Positions 1-8,423 of a DNA stretch of 62,000 bases are shown in pieces. The position numbers and the translations under genes were made by a program. This DNA is from Candidatus Methylomirabilota bacterium (GTDB lineage Bacteria; Methylomirabilota; Methylomirabilia; Rokubacteriales; CSP1-6), in contig JBKPDT010000127.1 in NCBI GenBank assembly GCA_046728035.1, positions 1-62,000 of the forward strand, given 5' to 3'. The number at the start of each line of letters is the position of its first letter. Position 1 is the stretch's first letter. The notes under the pieces are model-generated. The model saw only the letters and a program-made list of their open reading frames with translations. It was not told the DNA's origin and made no database searches.

Positions 1-526
1 GCTGGCTCGTGGCCTTCCAGAATGCGTCCCAGCCGCCGTCGATCGCCAGATAGGGCGAGAGCGACGCGTCCGCGCGCCGAAACGGGAACCGGCCGGGCAG
101 GGCGGTCTCGAGGGCCTTGAGGGCGGGGGCGGCCGCCGGAAATTTCTGGAGGCTCAACACGTCCCAGCCCTTCCGCGCGGACAGGTGTTCGAGGAGGGCG
201 ACCACAACCGGCCTCGCGTCGCCGGCCACGAGCACGTCGATGAAGGGCGTGTCGGGGCATTCCAGGAGGGCGAGGCGGCGCACGGGCAGGCCCCGCCGTC
301 GCTCGCGCCAGCGCATGAGGGGGACGAGGGCGACGGGATGCCCGGCGTCCTCGACGACGAGCACCTCGGGCCGCCGGGCGGGCCCAACCGCGGGCCAGCA
401 GCAGGCGAACCAGTCATGGCTCACGAACGGCGAGGTCTGCCCGCTCCGCGCGACGAGGTCGTCCCAGACCGCGGCGAGGGCCCGGAAGTCCCCATCCGTC
501 TGAATCCGCCGCACGCGCAGGCTCAT
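1..526 (-). CDS. CelD/BioF2-like GNAT acetyltransferase, N-terminal part (gene runs off left edge)
   Basis: Not in ORF track (no stop in window). Own minus-strand translation from ATG 526: MSLRVRRIQTDGDFRALAAVWDDLVARSGQTSPFVSHDWFACCW... Family call from memory of EPS-locus CelD-like proteins. ATGA overlap with stop of upstream GT. Confidence 0.55.
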   Translation of the reverse strand, partial: MSLRVRRIQTDGDFRALAAVWDDLVARSGQTSPFVSHDWFACCWPAVGPARRPEVLVVEDAGHPVALVPLMRWRERRRGLPVRRLALLECPDTPFIDVLVAGDARPVVVALLEHLSARKGWDVLSLQKFPAAAPALKALETALPGRFPFRRADASLSPYLAIDGGWDAFWKATSQ

Positions 527-1761
527 GACCGGCCGGCGCCCATGTCGGGGGCGTTGGCGAACGATGAGGCCGCGCCGGGCGGGGACCGCCGCGCCGTGAT
601 CGCCTCGCCGACGACGGCCTCGATCCGCGCGAGGATGGTCGGCCACGAGTGCTGGCCCTCCACGAAGCCCCGTGCGCGCGCGGCGAGCGCGCTTCGCGCG
701 TCTCGGTCGCGGAGGAGGGCGACGACCCGCTCGGCAAACCGGCACGGGTCGTCCTCGACGAGGAAGTGCTCGCCGGGGCGCGCCTCCAGGCCGCGGGCCG
801 CGGCGCTCGTGGCGACCACGGGCACGCCGAGCGCCATGGACTGGAGCACCTTGTTCTGGATGCCGCGGGCGATGCGCAGCGGGGCCACGCACACCGCCGC
901 CTGACGATAGTAGGGGAGCACTTCGGGCACCGCGCCGGTGACGATGACGCCGGGAATCTCGGCAAGCCGGCGTACGGCGGGCGCGGGATTGAGCCCCACG
1001 ATGAGGAAGCGGGCGCGCGGCACGGCCCCCTTCACCGCCGGCAGGATGTCGGCGCAGAAGTGCTGCACGGCGTCCACGTTGGGGAGGTAATCCATTGCGC
1101 CGGTGAAGATGACGGTCGGCTCGTCCGAGGGCGGGCCGTAGCCGGCCAGCTCCACGCCGTTGGGAATCACCACGGTACGAGCCCAGGGCGCGAAGCTCTT
1201 CAGCAGCGCCTCCTCTGCGAATGTAGCGAGGATGCAGCGATGCCCCCAGCGCACCGCCTCGGCCTCGAAGCCGCGAAGACGCCGACCCTCCAATCGATAG
1301 GCCCACGATAGCGGCCAGCGCTGGGCGGCGGCGTATTGCGTCCACTTGTCGGAGTCGACATCCACGAAGTCCATGACCACGGGCAACCCGGCGCCGCGCG
1401 CGTACTGGACCATGGGCGAGGAGGAGGCGTAGACGGCGTCGTACGGCGCTTCGCGGAGTCGGCGCGACACGCGGCGGCCGAGTCGACCCGAGCGGAAGTA
1501 GGCGATGCTGAGGGAGCGGCCCAGCGCGAGCCCGGCGAGCCCGCGCGCCAGCGCGGCGGGCTTCCAGAGCCCGCTCCATACGAGGTCGGGAAGCTCGCGC
1601 CGGAGGACGTCCACCCCAGACCGGTCGGCGGCCTCGTCGACGACGAAGCCGAGGGTGAGCTCGTGCCGCGCGGCCAGATGTCGCGCGACTCGGTACGCTC
1701 TCACCTTGTCGCCCGTATGCGGGGGGTAGGGGATGCGGTGGGCGAGCATCAGGACGCGCAT
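523..1761 (-). CDS. Glycosyltransferase (GT4-like), PEP-CTERM/EpsH1-associated stp type
   Basis: ORF 523..2022 trimmed to ATG 1761 (MRVLMLAHRIPYPPHTGDKVRAYRVARHLAARHELTLGFVVDE). The 87 upstream codons are Arg/Pro/Ser-rich and overlap the next gene. Confidence 0.85.
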   Translation of the reverse strand: MRVLMLAHRIPYPPHTGDKVRAYRVARHLAARHELTLGFVVDEAADRSGVDVLRRELPDLVWSGLWKPAALARGLAGLALGRSLSIAYFRSGRLGRRVSRRLREAPYDAVYASSSPMVQYARGAGLPVVMDFVDVDSDKWTQYAAAQRWPLSWAYRLEGRRLRGFEAEAVRWGHRCILATFAEEALLKSFAPWARTVVIPNGVELAGYGPPSDEPTVIFTGAMDYLPNVDAVQHFCADILPAVKGAVPRARFLIVGLNPAPAVRRLAEIPGVIVTGAVPEVLPYYRQAAVCVAPLRIARGIQNKVLQSMALGVPVVATSAAARGLEARPGEHFLVEDDPCRFAERVVALLRDRDARSALAARARGFVEGQHSWPTILARIEAVVGEAITARRSPPGAASSFANAPDMGAGRS

Positions 1762-1765
1762 CGGC

Positions 1766-3058
1766 TCAGGCGAGGTCCGCGCGCCGCATCCGCGGGGCGC
1801 CGACGCCGGCGCCCGACCGGTGGGCGCCGGGTACCGCCGCCTCCAGCGCGTCGGCGACCTTCGCCACGGTAATGTCCCAGGAGAACCGGGCCCGCACGAA
1901 AGCGGCCGCCCGTCCCCCCAGCTCGCCACGGAGCACCGGGTTGACCAGGAGATCGACGATGCGCGCGGCGCATGCGGCGGGCGCGTCCTCGACGAGGAGG
2001 TCACGGCCGGCGCGCGCCCCAAGCCCCTCCGTGGCCCGAGTCGTGCCGATGACGGGCAACCCGGAGCACATGGCCTCGAGGATGCTCGTCGGCAGCCCCG
2101 CTTCCCCGGTGGGCGGCGCGACGCCGAGCGCCGCGCGATGGAGGTAGGGCCGGATGTCGGTCACGGGGCCGGCGACCTCGACACCCTCGATGCCGGCGAG
2201 CTCGCGGGCCGCAGGGGCGAGATCGTGGCCCACGATGAGCATGCGAGCGGCGGGAACGCGTCGCCGGACGACGGGCATCACCCCGCGACAGAACTCGGCC
2301 ACGACCGACACGTCCCGATGGGTCTCGGGCGAGCTCAGCAGGAGCACGACGGGGCCCGCCGGCATACGCAGGACGGGGATGAAGTAGTCGACGTCGACGC
2401 CGCTCGCGATGACCTGCGGGGAGGTGGCGGCGCCGGTATTCACGGCGCGGGCCGCCCGCGGGCTCGCGACGATGCAGCACGCGGCGCGGCGGGCGATGGC
2501 CCCCTCGGCGAGGCGCAGCCGGGCCGCCTCGGTGCGGAAGAAGTTGGCCGCCGGAAATGAGCGCTCGCGCGCCTGACGGGCCCACCACCGGGATTCCACC
2601 TCTCCCAGATCGGCGGTGACGGGCACCGCGGGGTCGGCCTCGAGGGCGTACTGGATCATGCTCGACGACGACACGTGGATGAGGTCGTAGGCGTCCGTCC
2701 GGATCCGATCGCGCAGGCGAGTGGTGAGAGCGCTCGAGCGCGCGTACGCCAGCGTGCAGGAGTCCCCGGTCGCGAGGCTCACCGCGCTCGACAGCGTCTT
2801 CCAGCCGCGGTCCACGACCGCGAACTCGAAGTCCCCGAATTCCTCCCGCAGAGCGGAGACGGCACCCACCGGGTTCGGATCGTCGGTGACGAAGGTCAGG
2901 GTGAGCTCGTGACTCCGCGCGAGATGCCGTGCGACGCGCTGCTCGCGCGTCGCCTGGGCGCCGCGCCGCGCGAGCGGCAACCAGCGGCCAAGCATCAGGA
3001 TCCTCATTTTTCGCTGGGTCCCTATCTCCATTCCCTCGGTTGGGAGGGGAATGGGCAT
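1766..3058 (-). CDS. Glycosyltransferase (GT4-like), paralog of the stp-type enzyme
   Basis: ORF 1766..3058. Core starts MRILMLGRWLPLARRG...VARHLARSHELTLTFVTDD. Start ambiguous (ATG 3058, 3031 or 3007). Confidence 0.75.
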   Translation of the reverse strand: MPIPLPTEGMEIGTQRKMRILMLGRWLPLARRGAQATREQRVARHLARSHELTLTFVTDDPNPVGAVSALREEFGDFEFAVVDRGWKTLSSAVSLATGDSCTLAYARSSALTTRLRDRIRTDAYDLIHVSSSSMIQYALEADPAVPVTADLGEVESRWWARQARERSFPAANFFRTEAARLRLAEGAIARRAACCIVASPRAARAVNTGAATSPQVIASGVDVDYFIPVLRMPAGPVVLLLSSPETHRDVSVVAEFCRGVMPVVRRRVPAARMLIVGHDLAPAARELAGIEGVEVAGPVTDIRPYLHRAALGVAPPTGEAGLPTSILEAMCSGLPVIGTTRATEGLGARAGRDLLVEDAPAACAARIVDLLVNPVLRGELGGRAAAFVRARFSWDITVAKVADALEAAVPGAHRSGAGVGAPRMRRADLA

Positions 3059-3083
3059 GTCTCAGCGTCTATTGCGCAAATAC

Positions 3084-3099
3084 AGCACGTTCCATGCCA
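3084..3099 (-). promoter_or_regulatory. Candidate sigma-54 (-24/-12) promoter
   Basis: Minus strand reads TGGCAT-GGAAC-GTGCT (GG-N10-GC spacing correct). It sits between the FemAB stop (3106) and the GT start. Confidence 0.5.
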
Positions 3100-3105
3100 C
3101 GCGCC

Positions 3106-4128
3106 TCACGGCAGGAATCGGGTCAGCAGCGGGCCGGCAAGCTTGGTGACGCCCAGGGGCAGGCGTTTCCACGTCTCGATGGCAAGGCGCATCTTCGGGT
3201 TGGACGGGCTGACGTTCGGCATCTCCGCCCTGTCCAGCAGCGCGTACTGGTAGGGGAGCGGCTCCGGCTCGAATCCCCAGTGACGCTTGAAGTGATACGC
3301 GCCCGTGCCCTCCCGGCTCCGGCCGAAGTCGAAGACGCGGTACCCCGCGCGGGCCACATGACACATCAGCTCCCAGTACATGAAGTCGTTGACGGCGTAC
3401 TGCAGCCCCTCGCGGAGAGCGCCGCCATAGTAGGGCAACACACGGTCCTCGTAGAGCAGCGTCAACACCCCCGCCAGCATGCGCTCGTTCCGCCACACCG
3501 TGAGGAGCTCGCACTCCTTGCCGAACTTGGCCGCGAGCGCGTGGAAGAGCCGGCGGGGGAAGACGGGGGAGCCGAGCTGGTGGACACTCGCCGCGTAGAT
3601 GTCATAAAAGGCGTCGAGATGCTGCTTGCCGATCTCGGACCGGAGCCCGAACTTGACGCCCTGGCGGATCATTCGCCGCTGCTTCCGGGGGATGTCCTCG
3701 AGGTTCGCCTCCTCGGACGCGGAGATGGATCGGGCGAAGGTCACGTAGAGGGACTTCGTCGGCAGGTCCATTTCCTGGCCGGCGCGGTGCCGGAGCTCGA
3801 CGTAGCGAGCCCCGAGGTGCCGGGCGAGGCTGGTAGCGTCGGCGAGGAGCGCCTCGCGCGCCTCGGGGGCGTCCGCGCAGATCCCGCCGTACACCCCGTA
3901 AGGCACGGAGACGAGGGCACGCCCGCCGAACAGGCCCCGGACCTCGAAGAGGGGGAGAACCCCCTCGACGCCGGCGCCGCGCACCGCCATCCGGTAATGC
4001 GGACGATGCCCGAAGGCAGCCTCCACCGCGCGCTTCCAGGCCACGAGGTGAAAGGGGCTCCCCGACTTGCTCGCGCGCACGAACCCGTCCCAGTCGGAGG
4101 AATGCCGACCGAGCTCACGGATCTCCAT
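3106..4128 (-). CDS. FemAB-related protein, PEP-CTERM-locus type
   Basis: ORF 3106..4686 trimmed to ATG 4128 (MEIRELGRHSSDWDGFVRASKSGSPFHLVAWKRAVEAAFGH...). 340 aa. The upstream part overlaps wecB in another frame. Confidence 0.85.
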   Translation of the reverse strand: MEIRELGRHSSDWDGFVRASKSGSPFHLVAWKRAVEAAFGHRPHYRMAVRGAGVEGVLPLFEVRGLFGGRALVSVPYGVYGGICADAPEAREALLADATSLARHLGARYVELRHRAGQEMDLPTKSLYVTFARSISASEEANLEDIPRKQRRMIRQGVKFGLRSEIGKQHLDAFYDIYAASVHQLGSPVFPRRLFHALAAKFGKECELLTVWRNERMLAGVLTLLYEDRVLPYYGGALREGLQYAVNDFMYWELMCHVARAGYRVFDFGRSREGTGAYHFKRHWGFEPEPLPYQYALLDRAEMPNVSPSNPKMRLAIETWKRLPLGVTKLAGPLLTRFLP

Positions 4129-4144
4129 CAGCCTCACCCGGCGG

Positions 4145-5233
4145 TCAGCGCGATGCCCCGTCGAGGAGCACGCGCACGATGCGTTCGGCGGCCTTGCCGT
4201 CCCAGAGCTCGGGGAGCTCGCCCTCGGGCCAGCGCCCGGACGCGACCTCCCGCCAGGCCGCGAAGATAGCGCCCGGCTCCACCCCGACCACCCGGTTGGT
4301 GCCGCGGGTCGCCGTGACGGGCCGCTCCGTATTCTCACGCAGGGTGAGGCAGGGCACGCGGAGCGCCGTCGTCTCTTCCTGGATGCCACCCGAGTCGGTG
4401 AGGACGCAGCGGGCGCTCGCCATGAGCTGGACGAAATCGAGGTACGGCAGTGGCTCGATAAGCCGCAGACCGCGCATCCCGGCGATGCCGCCGTCGAGGG
4501 CGGCGAGCCGGGCGCGCGTCCGCGGGTGCACCGGAAACACGACGGGAATCTCCGCCTGGATCCGTGCCACCGCGTCGACCATGCGGCCCAGCGCCTCCGG
4601 CGTGTCCACGTTGCTGGGTCGGTGCAGGGTGAGGGCCGCGTAGCGACCGGGCTCGAGCCGGAGGTCCTCGAGGATGGTCGACTCACGCGCGCGCTCCCGG
4701 TAGCGGAAGAGCGTGTCGATCATCACGTTGCCCACGAAGTGCACCCGCGCGGGGTCCACTCCCTCCCGGGCGAGGTTCTCCCCTCCCGCCGGCTCGCTGG
4801 TGAAGAGGAGGTCGGAGATCGAGTCGGTGACGATCCGGTTGATCTCCTCGGGCATCGTCCGGTCCCCGCTTCGCAAGCCCGCCTCGACGTGAGCGAGCCG
4901 AATCCCGAGCTTGACCGCGGTGAGAGCGGCGGCGACGGTGGAGTTGACGTCACCCACGACCACCACCACGTCGGGACGCTGCTGGACGAGGACGGGCTCG
5001 AGCCGACGCATGATCTCGGCGATCTGGCCGATGGCGGTGTCGGCGCGCGCCTCGAGATTGACGTCGGGCGCGGGGATCTCGAGGTTCGCGAAGAAGGATT
5101 CCGACATCTGAAGATCGTAGTGCTGCCCCGTATGGACCAGCATCACGTCGGCGGCATGCTGCCGCAACTCCACCAGGATGGAGGCGATCTTGACGAAGTT
5201 CGGGCGGGCGCCGACCACCGCCGCGAGCCTCAC
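4145..5233 (-). CDS. wecB: UDP-N-acetylglucosamine 2-epimerase (non-hydrolysing)
   Basis: ORF 4145..6013 trimmed to in-frame GTG 5233 (VRLAAVVGARPNFVKIASILVELRQH..HTGQHYD). GTGA overlap with the deacetylase stop. 362 aa. Confidence 0.9.
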   Translation of the reverse strand: MRLAAVVGARPNFVKIASILVELRQHAADVMLVHTGQHYDLQMSESFFANLEIPAPDVNLEARADTAIGQIAEIMRRLEPVLVQQRPDVVVVVGDVNSTVAAALTAVKLGIRLAHVEAGLRSGDRTMPEEINRIVTDSISDLLFTSEPAGGENLAREGVDPARVHFVGNVMIDTLFRYRERARESTILEDLRLEPGRYAALTLHRPSNVDTPEALGRMVDAVARIQAEIPVVFPVHPRTRARLAALDGGIAGMRGLRLIEPLPYLDFVQLMASARCVLTDSGGIQEETTALRVPCLTLRENTERPVTATRGTNRVVGVEPGAIFAAWREVASGRWPEGELPELWDGKAAERIVRVLLDGASR

Positions 5234-6090
5234 GTGAGGTCCCCGATGGCGAGCAGGCCCGTCTCGGCGAGCACCTCCGCGGCGGGAGCCCAGGTGAAGT
5301 CCGCGAGGAGCCGGCCGAGCCGCGCCTCCGTCTTGCCCACGTTGACGAGATGGCGAAACCGGGTGAGGGGGCCCACCGGTAGCCGGGGCTGGTCGGGGTC
5401 GATTTCCCAGGGATGGAGATAGATCATCGCGGGTTGTCCCTCGTGCGCGTTGATGCGGGCGATGGCCCGGCGGGTCAACGCGTAGGGGAACAGGCGGAAG
5501 TATCCCCCCCCCGCCACGGGCACGCGCCGGCCGAGCACGAGGACGGTGGAGAGGGGAAACTCGGTGAGCTCGCAGCCATTGGGCGCCTTCATGCGGTGCG
5601 GGAAGCGCGGCGCGTCGGGGATCCCGTATCGATCGTGGAGGATCGGGAAGATGCTCGAGTCGTAGCGGAAGCCCGCCTCGCAGAGCACGTCGAGGCTCCA
5701 CAGCGTGTCGCGCATCACCGAGAAGGTCGGCGCGCGATAGCCGATGACGAGACGGCCGGTGGCGTCCTCGAGGGCGGCCTTCGCGCGCGTGACGTCGCGC
5801 TCGAATTCCTCGCGCGTCAGGCGGGAAATCATCTGGTGGCCGTAGCCATGGCAACCGATCTCGTGGCCGAGCGACGCGATCTCGCGCACGAGCGAGGGGT
5901 GCCGCTCCGCGACCCATCCCAGGACGAAGAAGGTGGCGCGGATGCGCTCTCGATCGAGGATGTCGAGAAGCCGTTCGGTGGTGGCGACCACCCGACTCTC
6001 CAAGGTGGGCCACTCCTCCGGACGGAGGACGCGGGCGAAGGCTTCCGCGTGGAAGTACTCCTCGACGTCAAACGTCAGGGCGTTTCTCAT
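5230..6090 (-). CDS. Polysaccharide deacetylase, PEP-CTERM-locus subfamily
   Basis: MRNALTFDVEEYFHAEAF...ATFFVLGWVAERHP...GCHGYGHQ. NodB-like fold. Confidence 0.9.
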   Translation of the reverse strand: MRNALTFDVEEYFHAEAFARVLRPEEWPTLESRVVATTERLLDILDRERIRATFFVLGWVAERHPSLVREIASLGHEIGCHGYGHQMISRLTREEFERDVTRAKAALEDATGRLVIGYRAPTFSVMRDTLWSLDVLCEAGFRYDSSIFPILHDRYGIPDAPRFPHRMKAPNGCELTEFPLSTVLVLGRRVPVAGGGYFRLFPYALTRRAIARINAHEGQPAMIYLHPWEIDPDQPRLPVGPLTRFRHLVNVGKTEARLGRLLADFTWAPAAEVLAETGLLAIGDLT

Positions 6091-7084
6091 GAGATCCGAC
6101 CTCGGCGAGCAGCGACTCCTCCCCGCGCTCCGCTTCGGCGAAGAACCGGACGGACTGGGCGAGTCCGGTCACCAGTGACACTCGGGGGGCCCAGCCGAGG
6201 AGCTCGGCGGCGAGGCCCACGTGGGCGCGGGCCGGCAACGGCTGGTCGGCCCGTGCGCGACCGCCGCGGGGGACAGCATCGGTGTGCAGGAGACGGTTCA
6301 GGATGGCGAGGATCTCCATCGGGGTGGTCAGATGCCCCGAGCCCACGTTGATGGCGCGCCCGGCCGCCCGTTCGGCCCGGCCTGCCGCCACCGTGGCCGC
6401 CACCGCGTCGTCGATGTAGATGAAGTCCTGGCCGGCGCGGGCATCGCCGGACAGAGTGGGTCGCCGCCCCGCGCGCAAGGTCTCGATGAGGGCGGGGACG
6501 AAGGCGTCCTGGAGCACCCCATTCTGGCGGGGCCCGTACACGTTGAAGTACCGGAGGAGCGCCGTCTCGACGTGCCGCGTCGCGAAGTAGGTCCGGCAGT
6601 AGATCTCGGCCGCCAGCTTGGAGGCGGCGAAGAGCGTCTCCGGCCGCGTCGGACGGTCTTCCTGGAGAGGCATCCCGTCACCCGCGCCGTAGATGGAGGC
6701 GCAGGAGGCGAAGACGACACGCCGGACGCCCTCCGTCGCCGCTCCCTCGAGCACATTGAGGGTGGAATGCACGTTCACGCTGTGGACCTCCGCGGGCCCG
6801 TTCGCGGTGACGCCGGGCGGAAGTCCGGCGAAATGGTACGCGCAGTCGACGTGCCGCATCGCCTTGCGCACGAGCATACCGTCGCGCACGTCTCCGATCA
6901 TCAGCTCGATCCGCCTTCCAAACCGGCCGCCGCCCCCCCCACGCTCGCGTCCGGCCTGAAGGTTACGGAGTGAGCCCGTGGAAAGATTGTCGAGCACCCG
7001 GACCTCGACGCCCTGCTCGAGCAGAGCGTCGACGAGGTGGGAGCCCATGAAGCCAGCACCGCCGGTGACGAGAGCCAAGCTCAT
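6068..7084 (-). CDS. NAD-dependent epimerase/dehydratase (extended SDR) with FxxxK instead of YxxxK
   Basis: VTGGAGFMGSHLV Rossmann motif. The active-site region reads TLFAASKLAAE. Confidence 0.85.
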   Translation of the reverse strand: MSLALVTGGAGFMGSHLVDALLEQGVEVRVLDNLSTGSLRNLQAGRERGGGGGRFGRRIELMIGDVRDGMLVRKAMRHVDCAYHFAGLPPGVTANGPAEVHSVNVHSTLNVLEGAATEGVRRVVFASCASIYGAGDGMPLQEDRPTRPETLFAASKLAAEIYCRTYFATRHVETALLRYFNVYGPRQNGVLQDAFVPALIETLRAGRRPTLSGDARAGQDFIYIDDAVAATVAAGRAERAAGRAINVGSGHLTTPMEILAILNRLLHTDAVPRGGRARADQPLPARAHVGLAAELLGWAPRVSLVTGLAQSVRFFAEAERGEESLLAEVGSHEKRPDV

Positions 7085-7093
7085 GGCGACCTC

Positions 7094-8410
7094 TCAGAGC
7101 GTTACGATTGATGTTCGCGTGCCGCGATGCGACTTCAGCGCGTTGCGCGTATCGACGACGAGGGACGCACGCGCGGCGATGGTCCCGTAGTCGAAGCTCG
7201 AGTGGTTGGTCAAGATGAGGACGCAATCCGCGGAGGCAACGGTCTCCGCGGTCGCGACGACCGCGGACAGCTTCCCGCCTTCGACCGCGAGCTGCGGCGC
7301 GAACGGGTCCGCGTACGACACGCGGGCGCCCTTGCGCGCCAGCATTTCGATGATCTCCAGCGCGGGAGACTCGCGGATGTCGTTGACGTCGGGCTTGTAC
7401 GTGACGCCCATGACGAGGACAGACGAGCCGCGCAGCGCCTTGCCACGGTCGTTGAGCGCGTCACCCACGAGGGTCACCACGTGCTCCGGCATGGCCCGGT
7501 TGATCTGGTCGGCGAGCGCGATGAACTGGGCCTCGTACCCGGTGAGCCGGATCTTCCAGGACAGATAGAGGGGATCGACGGGAATGCAGTGCCCCCCGAT
7601 CCCGGGGCCCGGATAGAACGGCATGAAGCCGAACGGCTTGGTGGCGGCGGCGTCGATGACTTCCCAGGGGTCCACGCCGATCTTGCGACACGCGAAGGCC
7701 AGCTCGTTGGCGAGCGCGATGTTCACGCTGCGGAAGGTGTTCTCGAGGAGCTTCGCGGTCTCCGCGACCCGCGGACTGCTCGCTCGGAACACGCTGGAGG
7801 TGACGTGCCGGTAAAGGGCGGCGGCGAGCTCGGTGCACGCGGGGGTGACGCCGCCCACCACCTTGGGGATGTTGGCGGTGGTGAACCGCTTGTTGCCGGG
7901 GTCCACCCGCTCCGGCGAGAACGCGAGGAAGTAGTCGTCCCCGATGACACGCCCCAACGACTCGATGCGGGGCTGCACCACCTCCTCGGTGGTCCCCGGG
8001 AAGGTCGTGCTCTCGAGGACCATCAGCTGGCCCTGGCGGAGCCGCGGCAAGAGGTTCTCGACCGCGGACAGGATGAACGAGATGTCGGGTTCCTTGCTCT
8101 TACGGAGAGGGGTGGGGACGCAGATCACGATGGCGTCGGCGGCCTCCGCGTCCTCGAAGCTCGTGGTGGCCGACAGCATCCCCGACGCGACGAGAGGGGC
8201 GAGCGTGTCGCCGGCGACGTCGACGAGGTACGACTCGCCCCGGTTGAGCAGGCTCACGCGCTCGAGGTCGAGATCGACCCCGCGCACGGTCAGGCCAGCC
8301 TTGGCGAGCTCGACGGCGAGCGACAGCCCGACGTAGCCCATTCCGACGACGCAGACGCGGGCAGTTCGCGTGTCGAGCTTCTCCTTCAGCACGTTCCCCC
8401 ATTGATTCAC
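7094..8410 (-). CDS. Nucleotide-sugar dehydrogenase (UDP-GlcNAc/UDP-ManNAc 6-dehydrogenase family)
   Basis: VCVVGMGYVGLSLAVELAKAG NAD fold. Catalytic GIGGHCIPVDP. Confidence 0.9.
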   Translation of the reverse strand: MNQWGNVLKEKLDTRTARVCVVGMGYVGLSLAVELAKAGLTVRGVDLDLERVSLLNRGESYLVDVAGDTLAPLVASGMLSATTSFEDAEAADAIVICVPTPLRKSKEPDISFILSAVENLLPRLRQGQLMVLESTTFPGTTEEVVQPRIESLGRVIGDDYFLAFSPERVDPGNKRFTTANIPKVVGGVTPACTELAAALYRHVTSSVFRASSPRVAETAKLLENTFRSVNIALANELAFACRKIGVDPWEVIDAAATKPFGFMPFYPGPGIGGHCIPVDPLYLSWKIRLTGYEAQFIALADQINRAMPEHVVTLVGDALNDRGKALRGSSVLVMGVTYKPDVNDIRESPALEIIEMLARKGARVSYADPFAPQLAVEGGKLSAVVATAETVASADCVLILTNHSSFDYGTIAARASLVVDTRNALKSHRGTRTSIVTL

Positions 8411-8423
8411 GAGCGGTCTCCTC

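Noticed and set aside
4129-4686. Long N-terminal extensions in the ORF track. Examples: 3106..4686, 4145..6013, 14661..16244, 16876..18531, 50007..51668, 58342..61131, 26486..28315, 43300..45054.
   Set aside because: The extensions are Arg/Pro/Ser-rich and overlap the upstream gene. The family-typical N-terminus begins at an internal ATG/GTG with an SD or a 1-4 nt stop-start overlap.
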